A stretch of 63,420 nt of DNA, filler included, from 13 parts of 13 records of this genome joined end to end with filler, not necessarily neighbours in it, one strand, 5' to 3'; counted from the whole stretch's first letter, positions 44,969 to 56,907 are shown. Notes: generated by a model from the sequence alone, not told the origin. Numbers and translations are program-made.

Positions 44969-47900
44969 ATGGCGAAGGGAATCATCGCGTGTCTAGTGGT
45001 GGCGGTGTGCGTGGTGCAGAGCCAGGAGGAAATGGTGGAGCTCGCGAGCACCACCGGTCCAACCGCCTCGCTCATGAACACCCCGGTAGCTTCACTATCC
45101 GGCCGCGTGGCCTTGTCTCTCGCGGCTCACCGGGCGTACAGGGCAAGATATCGCTTCTGGAGCTCCGTACCCAAGCACTCTCCGAGGCGCGCGGGACCGA
45201 GGTCATGACCGAGGAGATGCTCAAGTCTGCCGAGAAGAACGTCATGAAACTGGCGAGCGAGTTCCAGACTCAGTCGATCCAGTCAGACAGCATTGAGACC
45301 ATCCGGTGTGTCTAACCTGGGCGTCGCCCAGGGGCTGACCATCGGCGGGTGGCTAGGCTGGCCAAGAAGCTGTTCGCACACAAGGGCGAGCTGGGAGAAG
45401 GGGCGGGCGCTGATGGGTCGGGCCTGACCCTGATCTTCCGCAAGCTGGACGAGTTGGAAGCCAAGGTGTCCCGTGCCTTGGGGAGTGCTTGAGCTGGCCG
45501 GTAGATCAACAACGAGCAGAAGATGGCCCTCGAAGCTGAGCTTGCTTCGCAGCAAGCCTGTCGGAATGGAGGCGAAAAGCTAAACCAGGATCTGACCCGC
45601 ATTACTAAATCTAGAGCTGAGGCCAGAATGAGCGTGCAAGAGCTGCAGACCAGGATCAAAAAGACCAGAGACGATTGGCGCGATTCTCGCCGAGACGAGA
45701 CCGAAACTCATAATGCACTTGTAGAACTGCAGGGTCTGCGGCTTGAGCGTAGTGAGGGCGTGCGCGCGAGAGTGGACGAGCGGAACAAGGCGATCGACGT
45801 CCTGGTCAAGGCCACGTTTATGGTGTGCGAGCGCTTCAACCGGTACAAGAACACCGAGCAGTGCATCACGATCAAGGCACAGCCAGATGTGGACGAGCCG
45901 CACAGATACGAGACAAAGAAGATGGAGCAGGCTAAGGTCGAGGCCAAGAAATTCCATGAGGCTGGTGGGGTGAGTGCGTCTTGGCCGGGGTTGGGGGCTG
46001 ACGGTGTCTTGGGCGCAGACCTGGGAAGTGCGCTGGCAAAATGTGATGAAAGACGACGCGGACAAGGTCGGCAAAGATGACCCTGAGGGGCTTGGGGGCG
46101 GGCTCACATCGCAGACACAAAACGCACCAGCAGAAGACAACGGAGCACTGGAGAGCACTGAGCTGCTAGAGCTGGAGGCGGACAGTCATTCGAAGAGCAA
46201 GGCACTCAGCCAGGACGAGGCGAATGCAGTGAAGGAGCTTGAGAAGATGGCACAGGACAACAAGCTAAGCGAGAAGTATGCGCTGCCGCTCAACGAGCTG
46301 GCGCTCTCGCTCAAGGCGGGGAGCACCAAGCGTTCCAAGAGCATTGTGGAAATCCTGATCGGAGTTCTGGCAACCACCCGGACAGAGCTTGCCGACATGA
46401 AGCACGAGCACCAGGATTCGTTGGACCAAGACTACAAAGCCAGCTGGGGGTTATGGCACAGCATGAAGATCCAGGCCGACTTGCAGGCTGAGCTGCGCAA
46501 GAGCATGGAGAGTGATCGGACCGATGTCCTGGCTAAGAACAATAACGACGAGGCAGAGCGGGTGTCTGCAAACGATGATGACAAAGCTAAGACTGAGATG
46601 GAGGACCAGTGCAGTCTAACATCGGAGAATTACGGAGTGGACACCACCATCCGGAACGAGGACCTTGAGAATCTGGTCAAGCTGAAGTCGCTGCTGCGGG
46701 CACTCTACTACAAGAACTTCCCCAAGGCTTGCCCGAAGCACAACGCAGTCATCTGCACATCCAAGAACCGAGGCTGGTGCGTGTTCACCCAAAAGAAACA
46801 GACGAACAATGAGCAGCGCTGCTCGTGCAACGTGGGCTATTATGGCAATGCCTGCCAGTTCAAAATGTGCCCAGGTCTGGGCAAGAGCTTATTCAAGGCT
46901 GACGACGAAGGCGCTTGCTCAAACCGCGGTGCGTGCAACCGGCTGACTGGAGTGTGCACATGCACCTCCGAGTACTACCACGGCCCCAAGAATGCCTGCG
47001 ACTTCAAGCACGAGCCCACACCAATGTGCTCAGACTCAGGGGACTTGGACAAGGTGCGTGGCCGATGCACATGCCAAGATGACAAAAGCGGTCCCGGATG
47101 TGAGTTCAAAAAGTGTTCCAACAGCAACGGCGTGAAATACGCAGTCGAGAGCGCCAATGCGTGCAATGGGCGTGGAGCATGCAATTTTGAGGGTGATGGC
47201 TCGTGCAGTTGCAAAGAGATGTATGAAGGCCCATCGTGTGAGATGGAAAAATGCCCGAATGACTGCATGGGTCGCGGCAATTGTGATAAAACCACAGGCA
47301 GGTGCGCGTGCGACAACGACGACGCTGGAAACCCATACTTTGGGCCGTCTTGTGAGTTCAGGAGCTGCCCATTTGATTGCTCCGGCGGTGGCGAATGTGA
47401 TCGCAACAACGGCAAGTGTCTCTGCAAGGATGGGTGAGCCATGGGTGGGAATTCTGCCCTGAATGTGTAATGGTGGCAGGTACTCTGGTATTCAGTGTGA
47501 GAAGACAACCCGGTGCAAGAAGCCCCAGCTCAACAACAACCAGATGAACTGGTGGACCATTTGGAACAAACCCGGCTGGATCGCCTGTCCACACGGCCAG
47601 CTCATGTATGAACTGAAGCGTTCGTCATGCCAGGCGCTCTCGTGCATCGCATCAGGTGGTTGCGCGGCTGCGTGTGAAGGTTCCACCGGCAACAACAACC
47701 ACGTGTTCCAGATCCGGCACTGCTACCATGACCTTCGTTGGTACAATGAGTTTGACAAAGAAGGGCTGGCCGAGTGTCTTCCTGACTACTTCGTGGCTGG
47801 GCTTTTCCGCAGCTGCGAGTCGCTCTACTGCCTGAACATGGCCAAATGCTGCTCACTCAAGGAGGCTCGGTGGACCCAATGCAAAGAGAGCGATTGGGCA

Positions 47901-48032
47901 GCTACTTTCGAACAGGCTGGGACTGGACGGGTCAAGCCGGACCAGTTCATTGTGGGGTTCCGCCGCGGCAAGGGACACCAGCTCAAGAATATTGATGGTG
48001 CCAAAGGCTGTGGGTTCATCCGAGGGTATTGA
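44969..48032 (+). CDS. Secreted protein: trichocyst-matrix-like coiled coils, tenascin-type EGF repeats and a C-terminal three-repeat Cys/Trp domain; 5 introns
   Basis: Signal peptide MAKGIIACLVVAVCVVQS; continuous frame after introns at 45086, 45306, about 45466, about 45970 and about 47434; CSNRG.C....G.C.C...Y.G..C repeats at about 46790-47480. Confidence 0.85.
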
Positions 48033-48689
48033 GTTCGAGGCCAGCTCTTGAATCGAATACGGCGAGGGTCTTCCAAAACTACATGTACGCAAAACAATCA
48101 TGACACACAACTTTGATAATTATACTCGTACATGTACAAAATTGCAAGCTTATGTATCACACGATCTCAGTTATGTATCGGCAATAAAAGAAACGAATTA
48201 CGATAAAAATCAAAAATGATAATTAGGCGGTGTGAACTTGATTGGGAAGAGAGCGTAAAGCGACCGACCCACCCTCACAAGCACTTTANNNNNNNNNNNN
48301 NNNNNNNNNNNNNNNNNNNNNNNNNNNNNNNNTTAATTAATTAANNNNNNNNNNNNNNNNNNNNNNNNNNNNNNNNNNNNNNNNNNNNCAACGTCTTGAT
48401 AGAGCGATCAATAAAGCGATGATAAATTCTTTATTATTTTCTATTGATCAATTAAACAAGCGTTAAGGGGCTCACAGCGTTCCCAGAGTAGAAATGATCT
48501 GGGCGCCTCAAAGAAACGTGGCTGGCCTCTTGTCGCAGCACGGCCTGCGGGGTACCGGGTGGGTACGCTGCTCCCCGATGGCCCGGCCAAGGCGGACACC
48601 CGCGGGGATCCACTAGAAGCTGCTCGCGCAGTCCATCATCCCCGTCAAGACTCCTCGAGCTCTCACCGCCGCTCGCACACCTGCGTGCC

Positions 48690-51669
48690 ATGCTGGGCGC
48701 AGCTCCAAGACCCATAGGTACCTCACCCGCCCCGCCCGTGACCTGGCCTCCGGGCAAGCGGCACGAGCCCGGCTGAGCACTTGCGTGGCAGGCCCTGCCT
48801 CGCTCTTCCACCTGGTGGTGGATTTCGTGAGCAGCTCCCAGGTTGTCTCACCTCCGCCCTCGGCCCCGCCGCTGAATGGGACCCGGCTGCCCTGCGGCTC
48901 GGGCGACTGGGTTGACTGAGCTCAGCCTGTGCAGGAGCTCCCCGACTTTAGCGGCTTCCCCGAGACTCTCCTGCAGCTGGTTCGTCAGCTCTTGCCGTTG
49001 ATATGATTATGCCCTATTCGAGTCGTTGGCCTGCGAACTGACCACGCGTGCTCGCTGTGCAGATCCTGGACCGAATATTGGGCCAGCGCCAGCGCCAAGC
49101 CGCACTGCAGGTGCTCCCAGCCCAAGCCCTGGGTGCCACGCCGGGGCAGTTGGTCCGCCAGAAGGGCATTCTGTCAGTACTCAACATCAAAGGCGATACC
49201 GCGATCGACGATGAGTGGCTCGCCGCGCTGGCGGCGCAGGGTGCCGCGTGCCGCCCGTGGCAGCCTGCTGAGCCGTGCTGCAGCCGAAAGCCTGACTGAA
49301 CTTATCTTGGGAGACTTGTCCAAGATCTCTCCGTTGGGGATGCTGCATTTAAAACCGGTCCGTGGGCCTGTAGCGCCACCGTCGAGCCGCGGGGGGCAGC
49401 TGACCAGGCTAGAGACGCTCAAGCTCTGCCAGCTCCCGGAGGCGCTCAGCCCTGCTGCGGCTCAGAGCCTTGCCGTGATGCCAGAGCTCCGGACGCTGCA
49501 CTTGGAAGGCATCGACGGGATACCCGGCCGGCTATGTGATCAGGTGGCGCAGGCCGTGTGGATCTGGACGACACTGTCTGCTCCAGCTTGGGGTGCTTGC
49601 ACGCAAGCTACTGGCCTCACACGGTTCGTCAGGCAAATGCACCAGCTGGAACATTTAGCTCTTGTGGGAGCCACCGGCCTCTCTTCACAGCACTGCGCAC
49701 AGGTCGGCCGAGCGCCCCTCAATCCCTTGTTACGGCTCGCCTCACACGATGATTGGGTCTAGTGCTGATCTGGCGCAGGTGGCGGCCCAGCTGCCTCAAC
49801 TGAAGAGCATGGATCTGTCAGAGACTGACGTGCAGGCATCTTGCTCGCAGGCGCGCGTGCTCAGGCCCGGCCAGGACGATGGTATAGAATCGCTGCTCCG
49901 GCCTCTGCAGCAGCTGAGGTCTGTCACTCTCCGGGGCTGCACGGCTATCACCGATACGTGCACGCATGCCATCGCGTCGCTCCCTCAGCTCGAGTGTCTG
50001 GTGCTCGCCCGGACGGCGGTGTGCCGCTGGGGCTTGTTGTTGTATTGAAGCGCGCAGGTGGGAGACCTGGGGGTTTCAATCTTGGAGCGGCTCGAGCAGC
50101 TGCAGCGGCTCAGTCTGTGCGCGACGCAGGTGCAGACTGTGAGCAGCTGGCAGCGATATCAGCGGTCTGTAGGTGAGCGACGAGAGCTTGGTGGTGATCA
50201 ACGGCTCGATGAAGGCGCTGACGGACCTCGACCTGTCGTGCAAGCGGATCACCGATGCAGTACGCAGAGGCTGGATCCTCGTGCTGAGTGTGGGACTGTT
50301 CAGGGCCTACGGCAGCTAACCAATCTGTCTGAGCTCACATCACTCAACCTCTCGTTCTCACAGGGTTTGTGGCCCTCGGCTGGCGCGGTTGTGCTTGGCT
50401 TGTTAGCGCAAGTGTTTAATGCTCTGTGACTCCTCGGTGCACAGTGAGTGATAATGGTATAATGGCTCTGCGCAAGCTGCCTAAACTGTCCAATCTCTCA
50501 CTGCGCTGGACTCGGATTAGCAACCACGCTATGGCTCAGCTCACCACCACCTCGAAGGTGCCCCTACAGTGTCCCCAGCTGATCGCTTGTTGTAGGAGCC
50601 GCTGTCACGTGAGTCGCTGCCCCCTCGGCCTGCTCGTGCCTTCACTCCGACCAACTGCACCATCCGACGATCGAGATCATCTTTAGATGCTCTGAGCCCG
50701 GCTGCTCAGCGAAGGTGGCCTCCCTGCGCTGCCGAGTAGAATGATTCCAAGGACCAGGCGCGGGATGTGGAAAGATCGGCTCAGTCGTTCCGGCGACTAC
50801 TCACAGGTCTGCTATCTTGCCAGTCTGCAGTCTTTACTGCTCTTGTCAAGGTTCTTCGGAGGTGTCGAGCCACTACCGATTTCAACAGCTCGGCGGCGGA
50901 TCGCGAAGGCGGCGAGGATCCTGCAGCAACAGAGTTCCCTGTCATGACAGAGAGCCACAAGCCGGTGACTCAGCCAAGCTCTGTCGTGTTTGTAACTGGC
51001 GCGCAGATGGGTCATGGCAGCTCTACAAGTGCCATGCCCCAGCCCATGGGCATCTCCACAGCACCGTCCACCCCGATGAACACTGTGAGCTGTGCTGATA
51101 CCTCGACATGCTCCAAGGACGCAACTGCAGTAGCCGAGTGTGGCCTGCCTGCGGTGCTGCATCTCGCTTGAACTTTGTTACTGAAAGCCGGCCAGGTGCA
51201 GCAGCTGCAGGTTGAGATCGAACCCAGCCACTGGCTGAGCAGCAACTCCACTGCCACATTCGACATGGAACCGACGGTGTGTACGCATAGTGTGCGGCTT
51301 GGGTTGATGGCTCGCTGCGGACTCAACCTCCTCATGTACTTAGGTATATCGGTCGATATCGCCTGATCTCGACTCGGATCCCGAATTTGAGGCTGGAATA
51401 TTCTCGTCGATGCAGGTGACAGCTGCAGAATGCGACGGTGCCTGATCATGATCTCAGATCGAGCCTGCTGTCTTTCGCTCGTTGGAACTCGAGCCAGCTG
51501 ACAGCATCGAGGAGAGCAACCCCTCTCCTCTTCAAGGCATGAGCCGACAGCTTTCATCCTGACTTGGCTGCAGACTTTCGAGTCTTGGACCTCTCAGTCA
51601 CCGACATAGCCGACGCTGGGCTCTCCTTTCTGTCGGCCTTTACGCATATTCAGTCGCTGAACCTATTTT
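48690..51669 (+). CDS. Leucine-rich-repeat protein (FBXL14/ZER1-like) with a BC-box/cullin-box-like N-terminus, many introns, 3'-truncated
   Basis: Spliced PASLFHLVVDFV...FPETLLQLILDRIL, then LxxLxLxx(T/C)xIxDxG repeats (LKSMDLSETDVQDDG, LRSVTLRGCTAITD, LSNLSLRWTRISN). Confidence 0.75.
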
Positions 51670-51855
51670 NNNNNNNNNNNNNNNNNNNNNNNNNNNNNNN
51701 NNNNNNNNNNNNNTTAATTAATTAANNNNNNNNNNNNNNNNNNNNNNNNNNNNNNNNNNNNNNNNNNNNTGTAAAAATTAAACAACCGTACTATGAACCG
51801 TACGAGTATGAAATAACTTTATGCCCTAATATTCGAGCCTGCACTGTGCGTTTTG

Positions 51856-52292
51856 CTAGCTTGCAGGAGTGCTGATGGCTCGGCTCTCGGCCTGCTCAAA
51901 CTCTTGATAGGACGGCGCACTCTCCACTAGTGTACGCCGAATCTGCGGCCCGTCCGGTCCGCGCAGCCGACAGAGCAAGCTGCCGTTCTTGTAAAAGTAA
52001 AAGGACGGGCACGAGTCATTCAGCTGCTCCGGGAAGCACTCAGGCCCGCAGCTGAACCGATACGCCTTGCACGGCGGCACCTGCACCCGGGGCTCCCGGC
52101 AGTCCGGTGGCCCAGCACCGTCGGGTCTGGGTCGGCCAGCAGATCGCGCAGCATCGGCTCGGTGGCGCGGCAGGGGCCCCACTCCGGGGCGAAGACCTCT
52201 AGCAGCACCAGCCCGGGGTAGCTCGACGCCGCCTCCCGCTCCCCGTCGGTGCTCAGCTCGACCGGCCATTCGCTCAGCAGTCGCCAGGCCAT
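51856..52292 (-). CDS. Thioredoxin-fold protein with atypical WGPC site (NME8/dynein light chain-like), 1 intron
   Basis: GLVLLEVFAPEWGPCRA...CPSFYFYKNG.LLCRLRGPDGPQI; a 38-nt GT..CAG intron restores the frame. Confidence 0.75.
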
Positions 52293-52345
52293 TCCAGGCC
52301 GACCGCTCTAATAACGGCAACAGCTGGGCCGGGGTGGGGTGTGTG

Positions 52346-53344
52346 ATGGACTCAGGGGCGCGGCTTTGGAGCTGCGACGAGCTGCGGCGGGCGCAGGAGG
52401 CCGGCGAAGAGCCCGTGGTGGTGTGTGTGGGCCAGGGTCCGCCCAAGCCGGCCGCGCCCATCATCCTGGGGGCGATCTACATGGACACGGCCGAGATCGA
52501 GCAGTGGAGCGACGACATGCCCCACGGCACGGGCAACCTGCTCCCCGACCCTGTGCTCCGTCGGGTATTTGAGGCTCACGGGCTGACGGCGAACACCCGG
52601 GCATACGTGTACACGGAGGACTTTAAACATGGCGGCAGTGACCCGATCGCGGCCACCCGGCTGGTCTGGGCGCTCTGCTACGCCGGAGTGGCCGAGGCCG
52701 GCCTGATCGACGGCGGGATTGCGGAGTGGACCGCCCGCGGCTTCCCGCTGGCCGACGCTCCCCGTGTGCCGGCCCGGCGAGGCTTTTTCGGGAGCTCTGG
52801 CCGCGGGCTCTTCCCGGCCCGTTCCTGGCTGCTGGCTTCCACTGAAGAGGTCGAGGCTGCCTTGCCCTCAAGTTGCTCCGCAGGGTTGGCTGAGCGTCGA
52901 GCGGCCGTTATTGCTGACGTTCGGTCGTGGGACGAGTTCACTGGACTCTCTCACGATTATGCGTATTTTGAGGCGCTGGGGAGGATCCGAGGCGCCCGGT
53001 GGGCCCACTGGGGGCCGTCGACCTACGTGGGCGGAGACTTCGTGGAATGCGAGGCGAGCTGCCGGCTGCGGCCACTGGAGCAGATTAGTAGGATCTGGGC
53101 CGATTGGGGTATTGCGCCCGCCCTGGCGGAGGGTGGACGGGTTATCTTCTATTGCGGGTCGGGGTGGCGGTCGTCTTTCGCGTGGTTCATAGCGGCGCTG
53201 TTGGGCTGGCATAACGCGGCTAACTATGACGGCGGGTGGCTGGAGTGGAGCACTTGCCATCCGCGCGCTGCAGAACTGCCCAAGGCGCGAGGGCAACCGG
53301 ACAAAGGCGAGAAATGCTTTGAATACTCACGATCGGGCGACTAA
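52346..53344 (+). CDS. Tandem-domain rhodanese sulfurtransferase, YnjE-like
   Basis: AATRLVWALCYAGV....IDGG..EW, DVRSWDEFTG...Y.Y....GRIRGARWAH, catalytic FYCGSGWRSS, YDGGWLEWS; intronless. Confidence 0.9.
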   Translation: MDSGARLWSCDELRRAQEAGEEPVVVCVGQGPPKPAAPIILGAIYMDTAEIEQWSDDMPHGTGNLLPDPVLRRVFEAHGLTANTRAYVYTEDFKHGGSDPIAATRLVWALCYAGVAEAGLIDGGIAEWTARGFPLADAPRVPARRGFFGSSGRGLFPARSWLLASTEEVEAALPSSCSAGLAERRAAVIADVRSWDEFTGLSHDYAYFEALGRIRGARWAHWGPSTYVGGDFVECEASCRLRPLEQISRIWADWGIAPALAEGGRVIFYCGSGWRSSFAWFIAALLGWHNAANYDGGWLEWSTCHPRAAELPKARGQPDKGEKCFEYSRSGD

Positions 53345-53512
53345 CGGTTGCAATGCAATAAACAGATTAAACACTAAATCACACTAAATCGAATGTATGC
53401 ACTAATACTTTGGAAGAGATTTGTCTATTGCTACGAGTAGTGATTTCCAATCCAACGTCAGTAATGACAAGTTAGCTTGCAATCAACAATGATGCAACTC
53501 AGCCGGCGCTCC

Positions 53513-55438
53513 TCAGTCGAACCGCGACGGCCTTCTCCTGGTGGTAGCTGCCACCGCCCCCTCTCGCCAGGCCTGTTGTTCGGCCGTGCTCCGCTTGTCT
53601 GCTTGCAGCCTGTCCCCGCAGCTCAACCCCCTGGCTGCAATTCAGCGCACTTTAGCGATCCCTCAGTTGGAAGCGGGGCCAGCTCGCCAAACCGGTGGTC
53701 GCGCCGGAGCTGTCTGATCCAGCTGGGCGGGTCTGGTCGGCCGATCCCCTCCATTGACTGCATCCGGCGTGAGAACAGCCTCGCCCGGAGGAATTCAAAC
53801 TCGTCCACCTCTCCACACGCCTCCGGCACCTCTAGTGGCTCCGGCTCCGGCAGACCGTCTTGGCCACCAGCCGGCGCCCCTGGAGCCGTCACCACCGCCA
53901 AACTCTTCTCAACCCGCGCAGGCACCACCGCCCGCGATGCCTGCTCGGGCTCGGGCTCCGGCTCCGGTTCCGGCTCGTACGGTGGCAGGTTCCGAAACTG
54001 CCGAGCGGGGCTTGCACGGAGGCGGGGCCGGCTCACCGGGGCGACTAGCATCTCCGGCTGCCTCTCGGCGGGGTAGCTCTCGGCGAGCTCAGGCTGGCTC
54101 ACTGTGGGGTCAGCTGCTGGCTCCGGCTCAACCGGCGGTGCAGCTCGCGCTGAGCAGTCCAGAGGGATCCGCCAACCTAACCCCCGGTATCTGGCGACCG
54201 GCCGGGCCATTGCTACCGATCGGTGGGTGCAGCTGCCGCCAAGCCTGCTTGGCGCTCTCGAGCTTCTTCTCCGCAGCCTCCTTCTGAGCCCGCTGGCCGT
54301 GCGGCACTGCGGCAAGCGCCTCTGTCGCCTCGAGCACCGCAAGGCGAGCGGGCTCGGCCAGCGCTCTGCGGTCCTGCTCGGCCCAGTGCGCGAGCAGGGC
54401 GCCGTCCCACACCGCGCTGTGCGCCCTCCGAACGGCCTCCTGCGCCCCAGCCAGACCACCCGACTGCCCGCCCGGCTGCTTGCTCTGGGTGGCACGGACC
54501 ATCGCCCCGCCGGCTGCCGGCACCAGCGCGCCGGGTTGGGCTGGCTGACCGGACGGGCCAGTTGGGCCGGACTGGGCCTGCTGGCGGAGCGAGTCGAGGC
54601 CGGCCTGGGCCTGCTCAAGCTGCTCCCTCCGCCTAACCCATTCCAGATTGTAAAGCTCGGCCAGCGAGGCCAACGGAACCTCCTCCTCATCATCCTGCTC
54701 CTCCGGGCCGGCCTCGGTCGGTTCGGCGGGCTGGGCCGGTACCAATGCGCCCCCCGGCTGCGCTGCGACCAGAGCTGTCGAGTCCGCCGCTTCTGTCGCT
54801 TCTGCCTGATCCGGCTGCTCCGGCTGCTCCGACTGCTCCAGCGGCTTGCCGAGCCCGGCCCAGCTGTACTCCGGCTGCCGGCTCTCGGCGTATCTGAGCA
54901 CAGCGAACTCGGGGCAGTGCGGCCGGATGTTGGCCAGCTGCTCCGGGAGTAGCTCCGCTAGTGTCGGCCCGGGCCAGCCGGCGCTCAGACTGGCCAAGCT
55001 GCGCGGGTCGTGCGGGGCGTTGTGCGCGTCCCGATGGAGCGCCACCGGCCGGACGCTGTCGGCTCTGTCTGGGGCTATCTGCCGGAAGTTGAGCCCAGTG
55101 GTGACGTAGGTCGGCTCAAACTGTTGATCCTGATCGGCCGCCGGCGGCTCCACGGGCGGGCCGGCCGGCTCGGGGGGATCCCAGTGGTCGGTCCAGCTCT
55201 GGCTGATCTCGCCCCGCCACTCAGCTAGCTTCTTCACACCCTTAGAGTCGCCGGCCCAGCCCATGCGCGTCCCGGCTCGCTCGGGCTCGACCATCCCGTC
55301 AGGCCGGCCGGCCGGTGGGTTGCGCCAGGGCCGCGGGTCTGCGCCCCAGGTGCCCAGGCTCGGGGTGGCACCCCAGCCGGCGTGGCCGCCCAGCGCGGCG
55401 CGGACGGCCGCTTGCTGCCGGTCCGTGCTGCTGCTCAT
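53513..55438 (-). CDS. Hypothetical Pro/Glu/Ala-rich protein, spliced
   Basis: ORFs 54128..55453 and 53623..54693 can be joined by short introns; EPEPEP tract; AT-rich flanks. Confidence 0.55.
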
Positions 55439-55780
55439 TGCCAACTGCCACAACGGCGGCGCAGAGCCCTCAACTCATCAACAGAGCGCTCAGGACTTAG
55501 CACCGATGCGTGACCGATGTAGCATCGATGTGTAGCATCGACGCTCTAGCCAAGACGAATTCTTGATGCTCCAAAAGCCTATACAATGTGTGTTTATATC
55601 ACAATAGCCATGTGTGTGAACCAGCGTGCGAATCAGTATAAAACCTCCCACGATCGAGGCGATTCGGGGCAAAGGAGTTCTGCTCAGACTGTTCCTAATT
55701 GTGTATGGCTTTGGGCTCGGTTGTATGAATCATGAACTCCTAAGCTCGGCGCGCTTGGAGTGCTCAGCACTGCCGCGATT

Positions 55781-56794
55781 TCAGTCCAACCCCGTGGACG
55801 ACTTTGCCATCTTGACTGAGACGCCTCCGGTGGGCATCCTGCCCGGCGTGGGTGGGCGGCCAGGCCGGTGGCTACCCCAGTTTCTTCTTGAGCCGATCTA
55901 TCTCCTGGTCCTTCTCCTGGAGCTTGTCTTTACTCTCCTCGTACTGCTGCTCGAGCCGCCTCTCCAAGTTCGCAATCTTGGACTCCTGCATCCACCGTCG
56001 GCCGGCCCCAGCCCCCAGCCCACCGCCCGCCGCAGCTGTCCGGTCAGCTCGCTCACTTGCGCCTGCTCGCTCACCAGCTTCCGCCTGAGCGTCTTCCGCA
56101 CACCTGTAGCCACTCAGACACGCCGGCGGAGCTCGCACCGCTCGACCCCTCGACGTCGTCTGGCATCAAAACCTTTTGCTCGGCGCACGGCTGGCTCTGA
56201 CCGAACCTGGCCCGAGCTGAGGCGGCTGAGCGCCCCGGGCGCACCTGTCTGCTGCGGACACCGAGAAGCAATATTCCCGGCCGGACTCGAGACCCGACAT
56301 GGCCGCGCTGCAGCCACACCGGCCTGGCCCGGGCTCGCCATAGCCCCCCGAGGATGGGGGGTGCCTGTGCTGCCGCCGTCGGTGAGATTGTGCACCACGT
56401 AATGCGATGCCCCGGCAACTGGCTCCCACGAGAGCTTCACGTGATGCGCGTCCACCCTGTGGATCAAGAACCGAGCCGGCGGGCGCAGCTCGCAAGCGGC
56501 CGAGTTGCGGCTAGCGGCCAGCCCGGTGGTGCATCGGGGCGGGGCGGCCAGGTCCAGGTTGGCTCGCCGGCTGGCCAGCCGCCTTGGGTCGATATTGGCC
56601 CCCACCGGCCGGATGGGTTGCCGGGTAGGCTCGTTGGTGCGGGAGGTCCGCGGGGTGGCGAAGTAGCCATCCGTCCGGGCGGTGCCGCTATCGCCGGGCT
56701 CCCCGCCGCGCTGGAGCCGCCCCAGGGGCACCGTCGGCACAGATGTCATTTCGAGGGGCGCCGTCGCAACGGCGTCGATCATATCGAAATTCAT
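55781..56794 (-). CDS. Fibronectin type III domain plus coiled-coil protein, about 5 introns
   Basis: PP..F.I..V....VKLSWEPVAGASHYVV...SGLESGREYCFSVSAA.R.FG.S after splicing, including GC-AG 56324-56364. Confidence 0.75.
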
Positions 56795-56907
56795 GAATTT
56801 TGTCTCTCTGCGCTTTTTTTGGCTCTGAGTTGGTCAGGGCAGTCAGTTCAGTCACAGAGGCTTCCGGACCATCCATTCGGGCGGCCTTTTGGAAGCGTCG
56901 AAGGCCA

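Noticed and set aside
46790-47480. Mastigoneme (Sig/Mas) or teneurin assignment from the EGF repeats
   Set aside because: Only the generic EGF repeats match; the flanking domains differ from those families as I recall them.
48565-48595. Minus-strand GGCCGGGCCATCGGGGAGCAGC resembling SRP RNA helix 8
   Set aside because: Lacks the conserved CAGG and the GNRA tetraloop; not enough to call SRP RNA.
52020-52292. Possible selenocysteine in the thioredoxin-like active site
   Set aside because: The codon is TGG (Trp), not TGA; no in-frame TGA or stop reassignment was needed in any gene examined.
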